The notes under the pieces were generated by a model. The model saw only the letters and a list, made by a program, of their open reading frames with translations, searched no databases and was not told the origin of the DNA. Of a stretch of 64,000 nucleotides of DNA, positions 22,275 to 34,148 are shown one piece after another. The DNA lies in NCBI RefSeq assembly GCF_011386835.1, contig NC_088810.1, positions 124,001 through 188,000 of the forward strand, in the 5' to 3' direction. The stretch is from Chrysemys picta bellii. Its lineage: Eukaryota. A program made the position numbers and the translations under genes. Within the stretch, counting starts at the first letter, position 1. Each line of letters starts with the position of its first letter.

Positions 22275-24090
22275 TTATTATTATTTTTAATAGGTGAATT
22301 ATGGTAGCACCAAGGAGCTTCCTCATGCACCGGGACCCCGTGTGCCTAGCGCTGTACATTAGGTGTATTACGGTAGCACCGGGACCCCGTGGGCTAGCGC
22401 TGTACATTAGGTGTATTACGGTAGCACCGGGACCCCGTGGGCTAGCGCTGTACATTAGGTGTATTACGGTAGCACCGGGACCCCGTGTGCCTAGCGCTGT
22501 ACATTAGGTGTATTACGGTAGCACCGGGACCCCGTGTGCCTAGCGCTGTACATTAGGTGTATTACGGTAGCACCGGGACCCCGTGTGCCTAGCGCTGTAC
22601 ATTAGGTGTATTACGGTAGCACCGGGACCCCGTGTGCCTAGCGCTGTACATTAGGTGTATTACGGTAGCACCGGGACCCCGTGTGCCTAGCGCTGTACAT
22701 TAGGTGTATTACGGTAGCACCGGGACCCCGTGTGCCTAGCGCTGTACATTAGGTGTATTACGGTAGCACCGGGACCCCGTGTGCCTAGCGCTGTACATTA
22801 GGTGTATTACGGTAGCACCGGGACCCCGTGTGCCTAGCGCTGTACATTAGGTGTATTACGGTAGCACCGGGACCCCGTGTGCCTAGCGCTGTACATTAGG
22901 TGTATTACGGTAGCACCGGGACCCCGTGTGGCTAGCGCTGTACATTAGGTGTATTACGGTAGCACCGGGACCCCGTGTGGCTAGCGCTGTACATTAGGTG
23001 TATTACGGTAGCACCGGGACCCCGTGTGGCTAGCGCTGTACATTAGGTGTATTACGGTAGCACCGGGACCCCGTGGCCTAGCGCTGTACATTAGGTGTAT
23101 TACGGTAGCACCGGGACCCCGTGGCCTAGCGCTGTACATTAGGTGTATTACGGTAGCACCGGGACCCCGTGTGCCTAGCGCTGTACATTAGGTGTATTAC
23201 GGTAGCACCGGGACCCCGTGGGCTAGCGCTGTACATTAGGTGTATTACGGTAGCACCGGGACCCCGTGGGCTAGCGCTGTACATTAGGTGTATTACGGTA
23301 GCACCGGGACCCCGTGGGCTAGCGCTGTACATTAGGTGTATTACGGTAGCACCGGGACCCCGTGGGCTAGCGCTGTACATTAGGTGTATTACGGTAGCAC
23401 CGGGACCCCGTGGCCTAGCGCTGTACATTAGGTGTATTACGGTAGCACCGGGACCCCGTGGCCTAGCGCTGTACATTAGGTGTATTACGGTAGCACCGGG
23501 ACCCCGTGTGCCTAGCGCTGTACATTAGGTGTATTACGGTAGCACCGGGACCCCGTGTGCCTAGCGCTGTACATTAGGTGTATTACGGTAGCACCGGGAC
23601 CCCGTGGGCTAGCGCTGTACGTTAGGTGTATTACGGTAGCACCGGGACCCCGTGGGCTAGCGCTGTACAAACATAGCACCGGAGGACAGTCCCTGCCCCG
23701 CAGAGTTTACAGTACATGACAAGGGACAGCGAATGGAAACAGCCGGACAAGGAGACAATGAGACAGTAGGGGTCAACATGACAGGCTGCAGTCTGGGCCT
23801 GGCCGGTGTCATTTGTAGGCCTCATCGGGAAGGCGAGTGCTGAGGAGGGATGTGAAGGTGGTTGAGACTTGCTTTGTGAGTGTTTATAGGGCACGCCTCC
23901 CCCATGGGAGGGGCCCATGGCAGAAAGCACCAGGGACGTGCTTAGAATTAGGACAGGCGGGTGATGGAAGTGGACAGCACAGGCCCATGGCGGTGGGGAC
24001 TGATGTTCTGATACTGACAGGTAGGGTGAAGCTAGGACGTGGAAGGCCGTGAAAGTGAAAAGAAATAGCTTATGCTTGGTATTGTTATGC
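22275..24090 (-). mobile_element. L2 LINE 3' fragment containing an expanded VNTR
   Basis: (TAA)n-type tail (ttattattatt on +) at ~22276; gacagtccctgccccgcagagtttacagt and further L2-like antisense sequence to ~24090. Confidence 0.6.
22330..23668. repeat. 48/49-bp VNTR, 28 unit starts (last truncated)
   Basis: Unit ccgggaccccgtg(tgcc/ggc/tggc/gcc)tagcgctgtacattaggtgtattacggtagca; no spacers. Confidence 0.97.
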
Positions 24091-24260
24091 TGAGAGAAAC
24101 TGGGGACTGCACGGGTCACAGACCTCTGAAACTGGGTGTGAACTCACCTTCAATTAATATAACTGTTAGGGTACATTAATTACCAGCCCCCACACCTAAA
24201 ACCAAGGCGCTGTGAACCCCCTAGAGAGTTTTAAACTGGATGGGGAAAGGGCCTTTGGCC

Positions 24261-24526
24261 GAGCCCTGGTCTACATGCTGAACTTACGTTAGTCTAATTA
24301 CATCACTCAGGGGTGTGGAAAAGCCGAACGAAGCAGTTATACTGACCGAACTCCCCCTGCAGACAGCGTTATGTCGATGGGAGAGCTTCTCCTGTGGACA
24401 TAGCTACCGCCTCTCGGGGAGGTGGAGTACCTACACAGGTGGGAGAAGCGCTGCCGCCCACATACATAGTGTCTTCACTACACGCTTCAGCGGTGCAGCT
24501 GCAGTGCTTGAAGTGCAGACAAGCTC
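24261..24526. mobile_element. PIF/Harbinger-like MITE
   Basis: Ends gagccctggtctaca / tgcagacaagctc; internal sequence typical of this family as I recall it. Confidence 0.55.
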
Positions 24527-24891
24527 TGAGTATTGTTTGGGGTTTTCATTCCTCCTGCTAGTGCTAGTTTGCAGAAGCAGGACTTTGTACCCTCGGTGAA
24601 TAAACAAGGCTGCGTTCAAGACAATATCGGACTCCATCATGAATTTGTACGGCCAGCTGGGACATCGCCAGGGCCCCGAACTTGGATTAGCTGCTTGGGT
24701 CAGAGGTGTAACACGACCATAGAGAAGAGGAGCCAGCCAGAGCGGAGAGAGAGCCCATTGTTTTGGCCAAAAGAACATGATCTTTGCAGCAGGCAGCATC
24801 CTGCATGGATATGAGTGGGGCCAGACTGCATTTGTCAGGCCAGAGAGAGATGATGAGCTTTAGCTGTGGGGATGGAGAGAAACAGTCTCAG

Positions 24892-24958
24892 CCCACCAAA
24901 GCTTATGCTCAGATAAATGTGTTAGTCTCTAGGGTGCCACAAGTCCTCCTGTTCTTTT
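24892..24958 (+). mobile_element. Older, truncated Penelope-like terminus with 8-bp TSD
   Basis: aaagcttatgctcagataaatgtgttagtctctagggtgccacaagtcctcctgttctttt, flanked by agtctcag at 24884 and 24959. Confidence 0.6.
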
Positions 24959-25205
24959 AGTCTCAGATCAGGGCTTTCTGGGCAGCACCAGCCCAGGCAG
25001 TTTCATTTCGGGGGCTGGGAGCCCAAAGCCCTACCCCCCACTGGACTGTAGACAGAGCTCATGGCCAGGTCATGTGGGGATGGTGCTGAGGTTAATGAGT
25101 GACAGGAGGAGGCGGGGGTGACAGGGCTGTTACCCCATCCACTCCCCCTTGTCTCTAACTTGTCTCTTTCCTCCATTCTGCCAGGTTCTCCGGGAAACTC
25201 CCAGC

Positions 25206-25764
25206 ATGAAGCTTCTCACTGCTGTCCTGTTCCTGGCCGTGCTAGGTGAGTGTGTCTCGGTGCAGCCCCACGCCTGCCCCATTGGGCGCTGGCTGACAGT
25301 GTGTGTGGGGATCCCTCTGCCTGGAAGCCAGGTCTTTTGGGCACCCTCTCCCACAGGAATCAACTTTGACTTTCCAAGTGGAAACCACTAAAGTACCTGA
25401 TAGAGACTCGGTCACAGGAGCGGGGGAGAGGGGGAGGGAATGCAGCTTGGATTTGGGGGGAGCAGGAAACATGAATTAGAAACAGTGTAGCCGACTGAGC
25501 CTTTCCCAGCTCTGGGAACACCCTGCTTTGCTAAGCATTCAGCGAGGTGCTCTGTTTACTGGGTCCCGATCCATTCAATCAGGCAGAGTGCTGGCTGGGG
25601 AGTCTCAGGACTTGTCTACATTGGATGTTTCTGGCACTGGTCTAACCCTTTAGTGTGTAAAACAGTTTGCATCCGGTGTAAGACACATCCAGCTCAGAAC
25701 TGTGGTGTGCCTCACGGGTGTGAACGCTGGCTGACTGGAACACTGTCAAGGCAGCGGAAAAATC

Positions 25765-25795
<31 letters not shown>

Positions 25796-28700
25796 CCGCG
25801 GTATAAACACTTTGCACTGGTGTAAAAAGGATATTGGAGAATCGGTGGGGGCTCAAAGACGGGCAATGAGAGGGAGTCAGGGTCTGGGGAAATGCCCTGG
25901 GAGGACAGGATGAAAACACTGGGCGTGTTGTCTAAAAAGGAGACAGATAAAAGGGGATGTGATAAACATATTGTTCCCTTCTACAAGAGGCAGACAATAT
26001 CTCTCTGGCAAGGCCCCAAATCGATGGTAAGAGTCAGGTCTCGTTTTTGGTACAATCCTGTTGATTTACAGAGAATGGGCACAGAATTCCTTTCCCCTGA
26101 ACACAGCAGGAACATACAACAGCAGGTGGTTTCCTTTTCCAGAAATCCAAGCTTGCCTCTCCACCAGCTCTGTGCTCCAAGGAGCCCTAGCTCTGTTCCC
26201 TCCCAGGCCAATGCTCACAACAGCGTCTCTCCCTGTCTGCCAGCTTTGTGCCTTTGATACACACAGACATACACAGCTGCTGCCAGCCAGTGCCCCATCC
26301 CCTGCGTTTGAAATCAGTCACTAGGGAAACCCCTTGGCCCACACGGCTAAGCTTCTGCTCAGGCCTTGCCCTTCTGGTGAGTGCCTTGGGCAGTGGCTTC
26401 TCTGGTATCAGTTCTCACTACAAAAAGGGATATTTAATTGCTCTTTCTGTCAGTTTGGATGAATCAGAGAACTGAACCCTGGAAGGCACCTTAAGAGTTC
26501 ATCTAGTGCAGCCCGCTGTTCCGAGGCAACTCCAAGTAAACCTAGAGCTCACCAGTGCTAAATAGAGTGAACAGTTACCTCCTATGTCTTACATAGCACA
26601 CTCCTATTAATACACCCCAGAATGATATAAACCTTTTTTGCAGCTGCATCACATTGTTGGCTCATATTCAATTTGTGATCCACTCTAACCCCCAGATCCT
26701 TTTCAGTAGTACTACTGCCTAGCCAGTTATTCCCCATTTTGTTGTTGTTCTTTTCCTTCCTAAATTAAGTACTTTGCACTTGCCTTTATTGAATTTAATC
26801 ATGATAAATTGGAGAATTGGACAGAAATCAACAAGGTCGTTTTGAATTCTAATCCTGTCCTCCAAAGTGCTTGCAACCCCTCCCAGCTTGGTGTCATCTG
26901 CAAATGTTTAAGCATATTACCCACTCCATTCTCCAAGTCATTAATGATAATATTGACTAGTACTGAACCCAGGACAGACCCCTTTGGGACCCCACTGGGA
27001 CCCTTTGGAACCCCACTGGGACCCTATGGGACCCCTTCCAGTTTGACAAGTGCCTCATTGATAACTACCCTTTGAGGGTGATCTTTCAGCCACTTTTGCA
27101 CCCACCTAATAGCAATTTCCTCTAGACCACACTTCCCTGGTTTGCTTCTGAGAATGTCACATGGGACTGTATCAAAAGCCTTATGAAAAAATCAAGCTAT
27201 AATCACAGCTACAGCTTCCCCTCTGGCCACTAGCCCAGTAACCCTGACAAAGAAGGAACTGTCTGGGCATGATTTCTTCTTGACAAATCTCTGTTGGCTA
27301 TTTCCTAGAACCGTGGTTCGCAACGTTTTTTTTTCACGGACCACTTGAAAATTGCTGAGGGTCTCGGCGGACCACTTAATGCTCTTTTCAAATGTCGTTT
27401 GTACCATTAGCTAACTATTGTAAAGCACTTTGGATAAAAGCGCTATATAAAAATAAACTTAATTTTTTTTGTTCTACAGATAAAATAACACAACTCATAT
27501 TTTCACATCCGTAGTCTTACCTTTCTAAGGCGATAGATGTGCCCTCTCTGCCCTGCTGCGGCAGCCCCCAAGTTGGGGCTGGGAAGGGTGGGGAGGTCTC
27601 AGGAGCCACGCAGCCCCCGAGCTGGGGCTGGGAAGGAGGGGGTCTCTCCCCACCACACCAGCCCCCGAGCTGAGGTTGGAAAAGACGGATGTCTCTCCCC
27701 GGCAGCCGCAGCCCTGGAGCTGGGGAAAGTCGCCTTTCTCTGGTGGCCGCAGCCCTGCATGTCCCAAATTCCTCACACCCCCTTTTCTGACCCCACTGCC
27801 CCCTCCCACCTACCCCCCATTCTCCCCAAGGCCACCCCCTCACCTTACATGTGTGTCTTCTCCAGGGTCCAGGCACCTAATTAGTGGAGCTTGCTCAGCA
27901 GGGTGAAGGGTGCTCAGGGAACTCATCTCCAATAAGCAGGTCTGTGATCGACTGCAGGGGATCAGGATACTCTGTTCCCCCAGCTCCTACCCTTAGGACG
28001 GGGGACAGTCAATGGCAGTGCAGGTGATGAATTCAGAACCAGTGAAACGACTGTCACGGGAAGTTGCTGATGCCAAGATCTTCACAGGATTCACAGAGGC
28101 GTTTCTATGGATAACGGGAGTATCCAGAATGACCATAGTTAGAGATTTGGGAGGCGCATAAACCCGGCTGCCCCAGTGCTAACTATTAGGGTGAGGAGGA
28201 AAAATACCCACATCTGCTACTGAGGGGTTCTTGCACATTCCCCTGAACCACTGGGTGCCAGCTTCTAGATACTGGCCTTGACAAACCATGGGGCTGATCC
28301 AGTCTGCCAATCCCAGTGTCCCAGTGCCTTATCAGGAGTCTGTGGCAAAGCTGGGATAGAAGCCAGGAGTCCGGGCTCCCAGCCCCTCTGCAGTAACCAC
28401 TAGACCCCATTCCCCTCCCAGAGCTGGTTGGAACCCAGGAGTCTTAAGCCGCATCCCAGTGCAGTTAACATGTGCCCCTCCTTCCAGGGAGCGGTAGCTC
28501 AGTGGGTCTCTCCAGGCCAGGGCAGCCCTGGGGCCTGCAGTGACACTGTCTCACTGGGGATCCCTTTCCTTTCCCAGGCTCCAAGGCCTCTCCCCTCAGC
28601 AAGGAACCCACGCCAAGGCTGGACCAGGTTGCAGACGCCATCGAACGTAACTTGGAGCAACTTATCAGAATGACCGTGGAGCTGATCGAGAAATCCGAGC

Positions 28701-29637
28701 TGGGCCAGGAGATCGAGTGAGGCGCCTGCCCTGACTTGGAGGCAGGGTTTGGGAGCCCCCCTTCCATGCCAGGGACCCAGAGTAGAGGGGTTAGAGTCAC
28801 CCCTGACTGCAGGACCCACACCTCTGCTTCTGGGCCCAGCAAGCCCCCCGAGCTCAGCAGGGATTGGCCTGGCCAACCCCAGGGACGCTGGCAATTCAGC
28901 AACGGGTGCAGAATTGTGTCCATTATTTGGCATGGCAGGGCCCGATGCCGCTGGGACCTGGGGGCTGGGGCCAGATCAAAGCCAGCAACACTGGGGGTGG
29001 GGAGGACCCATATCACATTCCCAACCCCCATGAGCCAGCCAGTCCTCCTGCCCTGGGATCACATTCCCGTCCCAGACACCTCCCAATCCAGCCAATCCTT
29101 CTGCCTTGGGGTCAGACAGAGCCAGCAGCCCAGAGGGTGAGTCACTCTAAGCTGCTTCCCTTTCTTTGCAGGGAGTGGAAACTCTATTGGAAAATTAATA
29201 ACTTCTTTGATGACCTAAACCGTAAGGTGCCCCCCAAGGCCCAGGAGCAGCTGAGGAACCTGAGCAGGCCGGTGGAAGAAAGTGTGACAATGCTGTGGGA
29301 ACTGGAGAGGAAGGTGCAGCCCTACATGAACCAGCTGCGTGATGTCCTGGTGTCCTACACCGAGGGGCCGCTGGAGATGGTGGAGCACTACAGCAAGACC
29401 CTGCTTGGTAGCCAGGCGTACAGCAACGTCCCGTCTCGGGTGGAGCTGCAGGAGCAGCTGGGCTCCTATGCCCAGGAGCTGGGGCTGCAGGAGTTCGAGC
29501 GCAGTCTGGCAGCCTACACCAGGGACCTGCACCGGAAGCTCAGCCCCTATGCTGAGGACTTGCATGGCTGGCTGAACTCCCGCTGGGACGCCTTCATGCA
29601 ATGTTTCAGTGAAGAGACCGGTGGGGGTGCCTCATAG
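25206..29637 (+). CDS. ApoA-IV/A-I-like exchangeable apolipoprotein, gene A; 3 coding exons (25206-25245, 28578-28716, 29172-29637), 214 aa
   Basis: 40+139+466=645 nt, GT-AG sites, phases 1 and 2 as in all apoA/E genes. Signal MKLLTAVLFLAVLGSKA; exon 3 ends IEKSELGQEI; exon 4 is amphipathic with QPY/SPYAEDL motifs. Exon 2 starts at 25185; AATAAA at 29747. Confidence 0.85.
26465..27305 (-). mobile_element. CR1 LINE fragment with reverse-transcriptase remnant, in gene A intron 2
   Basis: Minus-strand peptide NSQQRFVKKKSC..SFFVRVTGLVARGEAV matches the CR1 RT motif; CR1 3' end near 26470. Confidence 0.8.
27305..27890. mobile_element. hAT-Charlie-like non-autonomous element fragment
   Basis: Begins ctagaaccgtggttcgcaac; internal gcggaccact motifs and ccccagc-rich segments. 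Confidence 0.45.
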
Positions 29638-29746
29638 GCCCTGTCCATACCTGGAGCCCAAGGCGATCCCCCAGGATTGAGGGGGACAGCTCCGCTATAA
29701 GGCACCCCGCAGCAGGCTCCCTGCCCCATACAGCCGTCCATCGCTC

Positions 29747-29752
29747 AATAAA
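29747..29752 (+). terminator. Gene A polyadenylation signal
   Basis: AATAAA 110 nt after the stop; its context gctcaataaacca is shared with gene B. Confidence 0.75.
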
Positions 29753-30049
29753 CCAGCTGTTTAATCATGCAGTGATGTGTGGTCCTGCTGCATCTCTGGG
29801 GAAGGGGGCTTGGGGTGTCAATCCCCCCACAGCGCAGGAGGTCACCAGCCCTGTGGAGGGGCATGGCGCCAATTACCCACTCCCCACAAACTGCTCAACC
29901 TCCCCCCCAATGCTCCCCCTAAACCATCCCCCCTTAAACATGCCCCACCCCTGTGCTCCCTTTAAACTGCCCCACCCCAGAGCATCCCCCAGCTTACATT
30001 CTAAACTGCTCTCGCTCCATCTCTTCCCCTACACTGCACCACCCTGGCC

Positions 30050-30316
30050 CATAGGCGTGGGAACTGGGGATGCAGGGCGTGATGCAGCACCCCCAGGTTT
30101 TGCATGGGGTCCCAACCACTGGCCCCATACCTGGGGCTCTGCTCCCAGTCCCAGCTGTGGTCCCAGCCTCAGCCCCCCCACCCCTCCCGGAGCCACAGCC
30201 CAGTCCTGGTCCCAGCTCTGGGGAGAGGGGACACGGACAGAGATAAGGGGGGGTGAAAAGTAAAAAATTTGGGCTTTCAGCACCCCCACTGTAAAAAGCG
30301 TTCCAGGGCCACTATG
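30050..30316. mobile_element. DNA transposon-like MITE
   Basis: Imperfect TIR cataggcgtgggaac / gttccagggccactatg with internal cagcaccccc subrepeats; no TSD found. Confidence 0.4.
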
Positions 30317-31895
30317 TCAAGTTCTGCACAGAGCTGTAGCAACAAGTCCCCACTTCCCAAGGAGCTCCCTCAAGTTCAGTAACAGCCCTATCGCCGCCCC
30401 TTTTAACGTGCCCCCCGCCCTCCCGGGGAGATGTTGCCGTTCAGAGGGAAAGTAAGGCCCGATAGCCCCTGTGAACATGTGAGCCCTTGCTCTGCTCACT
30501 CCAGCGTTAATGAGCTCCCCTGGAGAAGGCTGGGGGCGGGAATGAGACACTCAGGCTGGCTGGGCCAAGGAGGAGGCAGGAAGCCCCGCGAGAGGGATCA
30601 GCGCCAATACCGGATTGATAATGGCGCCGGGCCCATGGTCGAAAGGGGCCCCGGCGCGCTCTCCTCCGCCCCCCTGGCGCACTCTCCTGTGGGGTCAGAG
30701 CTTGATGCTGCGGCTCCGTGGCAGCCTCTGCTGGCACCCTGGCTCCTGCCCCGCCACTTTCCCCAGCGTGCTACGTACGTCTTGCCGGGGGGAGCCGCAG
30801 CACGCAGCTCCGAGTCCGGGGGGGGAGGAGGCCTGTCCCCCACCTCTTTCCCCAGCGGGCTACGTCCCCCCCCCTTCCCCGGGCGCTGGTCAGTTGGATC
30901 AGCCTTGCAGGCAGGAGGGGGGCAAGGAGGAGCGAGCCGCAGCACGCCACTCCGGGGAGGAGGAGAAGACAAGCCAGGGTGAGGCCTAGGGGAAGGGGCT
31001 GGAATTGGGGCATACCCCCTCCAGCCCCCTGCGTGAGCACACCCCCGACCCCAGCCCACCCCGCAGCCCCCTGCCCACCCTAACCCCTGCACCCCCCTCC
31101 TGAGCCCCTGGCCCTGCCCTGACCCTGCACTCCCCTCACACCTCCTCAGCACCCCCTCACACACGGATTGTCTGTGGTGCCTGGGAGCAGGGGGGGCAGA
31201 GGGACTTGTCAGTGCTGGCTGCCATGCCCCCTGCCAGTGGGAATGCCAAGAAACTACCTCCCTGCACTCCGGGGAGGGGAGGGGGTGCCGCCCAGTTTGG
31301 GGGGAAAGGGGCAGTTGTGGGGCAAGTCCGGGTGCAATGGGGGAGCTGGCGGTGACTCCGTGTGAGGGGTGTAGGAGAAGCAGGGTGTTAAGGTGGGGGT
31401 TGGTGGGGCAGGGGGCAGAGGGCAGAGGGAGGGAGGGAGGGGAGAGTCTGGGTTGAAGGTGGGGGTTGGCTCAGTGTGTGTGTGTGTGTGTCTGTGTGTG
31501 TAGAAGGAGGGTAGTAGAAGAGAGGGAGGTGACAGCCCTGAGGTGAAAGTGGGTAGGGAGTGGGCAATAGCAGGGAGATTGAGGAGAGCCTTTGTTAGGG
31601 GGTTAGTTGTGTGGGATGGGGACAGTAGGAGGGATGGGAGGAGAGCCCAGGTGTGAAGATTGGGGTAGGAACTTGAGGCTGGATTGTGGTAGCCTTTGTA
31701 GTAAAGTGTGTGTATTTCAGTGGCCCTTTTTCTCTGCAAAAGATGGGCACCAGCAATTTTCCTCCCCACCCCAAAGGTTTGTAAACATTATTGTACCAAA
31801 GCAGAGAATGCAGCTTTCAAAAAATGTATTTAGGAAACATAACTTTGGGTGGAGGAGGTGGTGGGGAGATGCAGGTGCGACACCACTGACTGCTG

Positions 31896-32282
31896 CAGCC
31901 GGGATTAATATGGCTCATAAGTGTGTTAATTAAGCACTTGTGTTCAGGGTCCTAAGCAGGCCCTGAGTGTTTAAAGAAAAAAACAAAAAAACTAACAAAC
32001 AACCCCCCCCCCACACACACACACAAACCAAATTCAGTGGTGTTCTGCGTACATTGGTGTTAGCCCAGTTTGTTCTCTATGGGCTGAGTGGCAGTCTCAG
32101 TTTGGCTTCAAACATCTTATTTTGTTTTTGAATAAATGTTTTCATTCCCATCCCGGCAATACCACATTTACTATGGCATCAATGGTGCTATCATGCTAGG
32201 ACCATATCTGGAAGGGGTTCATCACAACCACATGGGGGCCCACCAATATGTTTGGCGCCGGGCCCACAAAAAGTTGATCCAG
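31896..32282. mobile_element. hAT-like MITE
   Basis: Ends cagccgggattaat / gggcccacaaaaagttgatccagt. Confidence 0.4.
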
Positions 32283-32859
32283 TAACACAGAGGCCTCAAG
32301 GGAGGGCCTGGGGAGAGGGCCGAGAAGTGTGCTTGGTGCTGTCTGGGCTGGCGCATGGGGATTGTTGTAGAAATGGAGGAGGGCACTTAAAATAAAAGGG
32401 GGTAGTGAAGGCACAACCCCGGGTGTCCGTGCAGTGTCCCACAGAGGAGCCACGTCCTGTGACACCCCCCGCCCCCAGCCTCCATCCCCCGCCCTTGGGC
32501 AGGCTTAGCACTGGAGCCCCCAGGATGTAAAAGGTGCCATATTCCCTCCCCTGCATCAGCCAGTCCCCATCCTTCTGACAGCTCAGCGCCCGCGCCGCCT
32601 AGAGGGAAAAGGCCTATGTCCCATTCCCTGCCACCCTGAGCCAGCCACTTCCCTGCCCCTGGGCTGGATCAGAGCTGGTGGCCCATTCCCCATCCCACCT
32701 ATGCCACTGGCAGCAATGATCGCCCCACCCCCACCCCCGCCCCCCGAAGGATGCCTGAACAGCAGAGTCACTGTTAGCAGGGCAATCTCGCCCCCTGCCC
32801 ACAGACCCTCGGATTTGCAAAGTTAAAGGGAAAAAATGTCATGACAGAGTAGCCCCGCC

Positions 32860-33352
32860 CCACACTGTTGCCTGAAGGGTGCTGCGCACACCCACGCGGG
32901 AGCAGGACTGCCAACAGCCTCTAGTCACGGTGGTGCCTTAAATAAAGGTCCCGACAGCCCTCTGCACCCGGTGCTCCCTGCTGCCAGGTAACTATTGTGG
33001 TGTTTGATGTGCCCAATGGCCAACCAGAGCCAGAAGCCCTTTCTGTTCAGCCAGCCTCCCACCAGCAGCTAAACACCCCTCCTGTACCCCAATTCCCTGC
33101 CCCAGCCCTGAGCCCCTGCCCAGAGCCTGCATCCCGCACCCTCAACCCCCTGCCCCAGCCCTTAGCCCCCTCCAGCACCCAAACTCTCTCCCAGAGCTTG
33201 CACCCCTCACCCCCTCCTGCACCCCAAACCCCAGGCTCAGCCTGGAGCCCCCTTCCACACTCCGAATCCCTCGACCCCAGCCCAGATCCAGGGCGGGGCA
33301 GGGCAGGGCAAGGGTGTTTGGGTTTCTGTGATTAGACAGTTGGCAACTCTAG
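32860..33352. mobile_element. hAT-like MITE
   Basis: Right end gttggcaactcta (TAGGGTTGCCA-type TIR); internal cccctgccccagccc subrepeats. Confidence 0.4.
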
Positions 33353-33899
33353 CGCCAGGGGCCCTGTGCTGCAGAGCGGGGTGTATGTGTGGGGGGCTCA
33401 GTAGGAGGCGCTCCCCCCTCACAGGCAGTGCTGGCTCCAATGCAGTGCTGGGGACCTGTGCTGCAGAGCAGTGGGGAGGCTCAGTGGGGGGGGGGCTCCC
33501 GCTCACAGGCAGTGCCAGCCCCAGTGGGCCTGCACTGCAGACAGCATGGTGAGGAAAGTTGGTGAGTAACACTGGGCAGAGCTGTTTATCGGGAGGTCAC
33601 AGCAGGGCAGGGATAGCACAAGCCCTAGGGGAGAGGCTTACGGGGATCATCGTGGGGGGAGTTTCGAAGGGGAAAGGCCCCACCCAGGAGACGGCCCTAT
33701 TTCCCCCTGTCACATGTCCATGATCATGCCCCTGGCTTGCGCCCCACCCGTCGCTTGGCTAAGAGCCCGTTCTCCCTCACGGAGCGGGGCTGCACGACCC
33801 TGCCTGGGGCAAAGCCCCGAGCTGGATTATAAGAGCTGCTCCCCTCCCCCAGGGATCCAGCAGCAGCAGCAGCACAGGGGGTGATTAATCAGCAGGTGG

Positions 33900-33905
33900 T
33901 TTATT
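33900..33905 (-). terminator. Gene B polyadenylation signal
   Basis: tttatt on + at 33900-33905; minus-strand context gctcaataaaccacctg. Confidence 0.75.
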
Positions 33906-34148
33906 GAGCTCCTGGGAGGTTGTTACAGACACAGGGAGTGACTAGGGGTGATGGGACAGGGACCCTGGGCATGTCAGGGGCCCTTAGAGAGGAGGCTGCC
34001 CCCTCTCGAGCACCTGTGACCCCTGAAGGCTCCGTGCATGGATGGGGTCTGTGCTCCCAGTCCCATGGGCTCCATGGATGGATGGGGTCTGTGTCTCACC
34101 CCTCGCCCGCCTGGCTCTGTGTTCCCATCTCCCACCAGCGCCGGCCCC

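Noticed and set aside
22330-23668. CRISPR-like array
   Set aside because: Units are contiguous with no unique spacers, the DNA is eukaryotic and there are no cas genes; it is an L2-derived VNTR.
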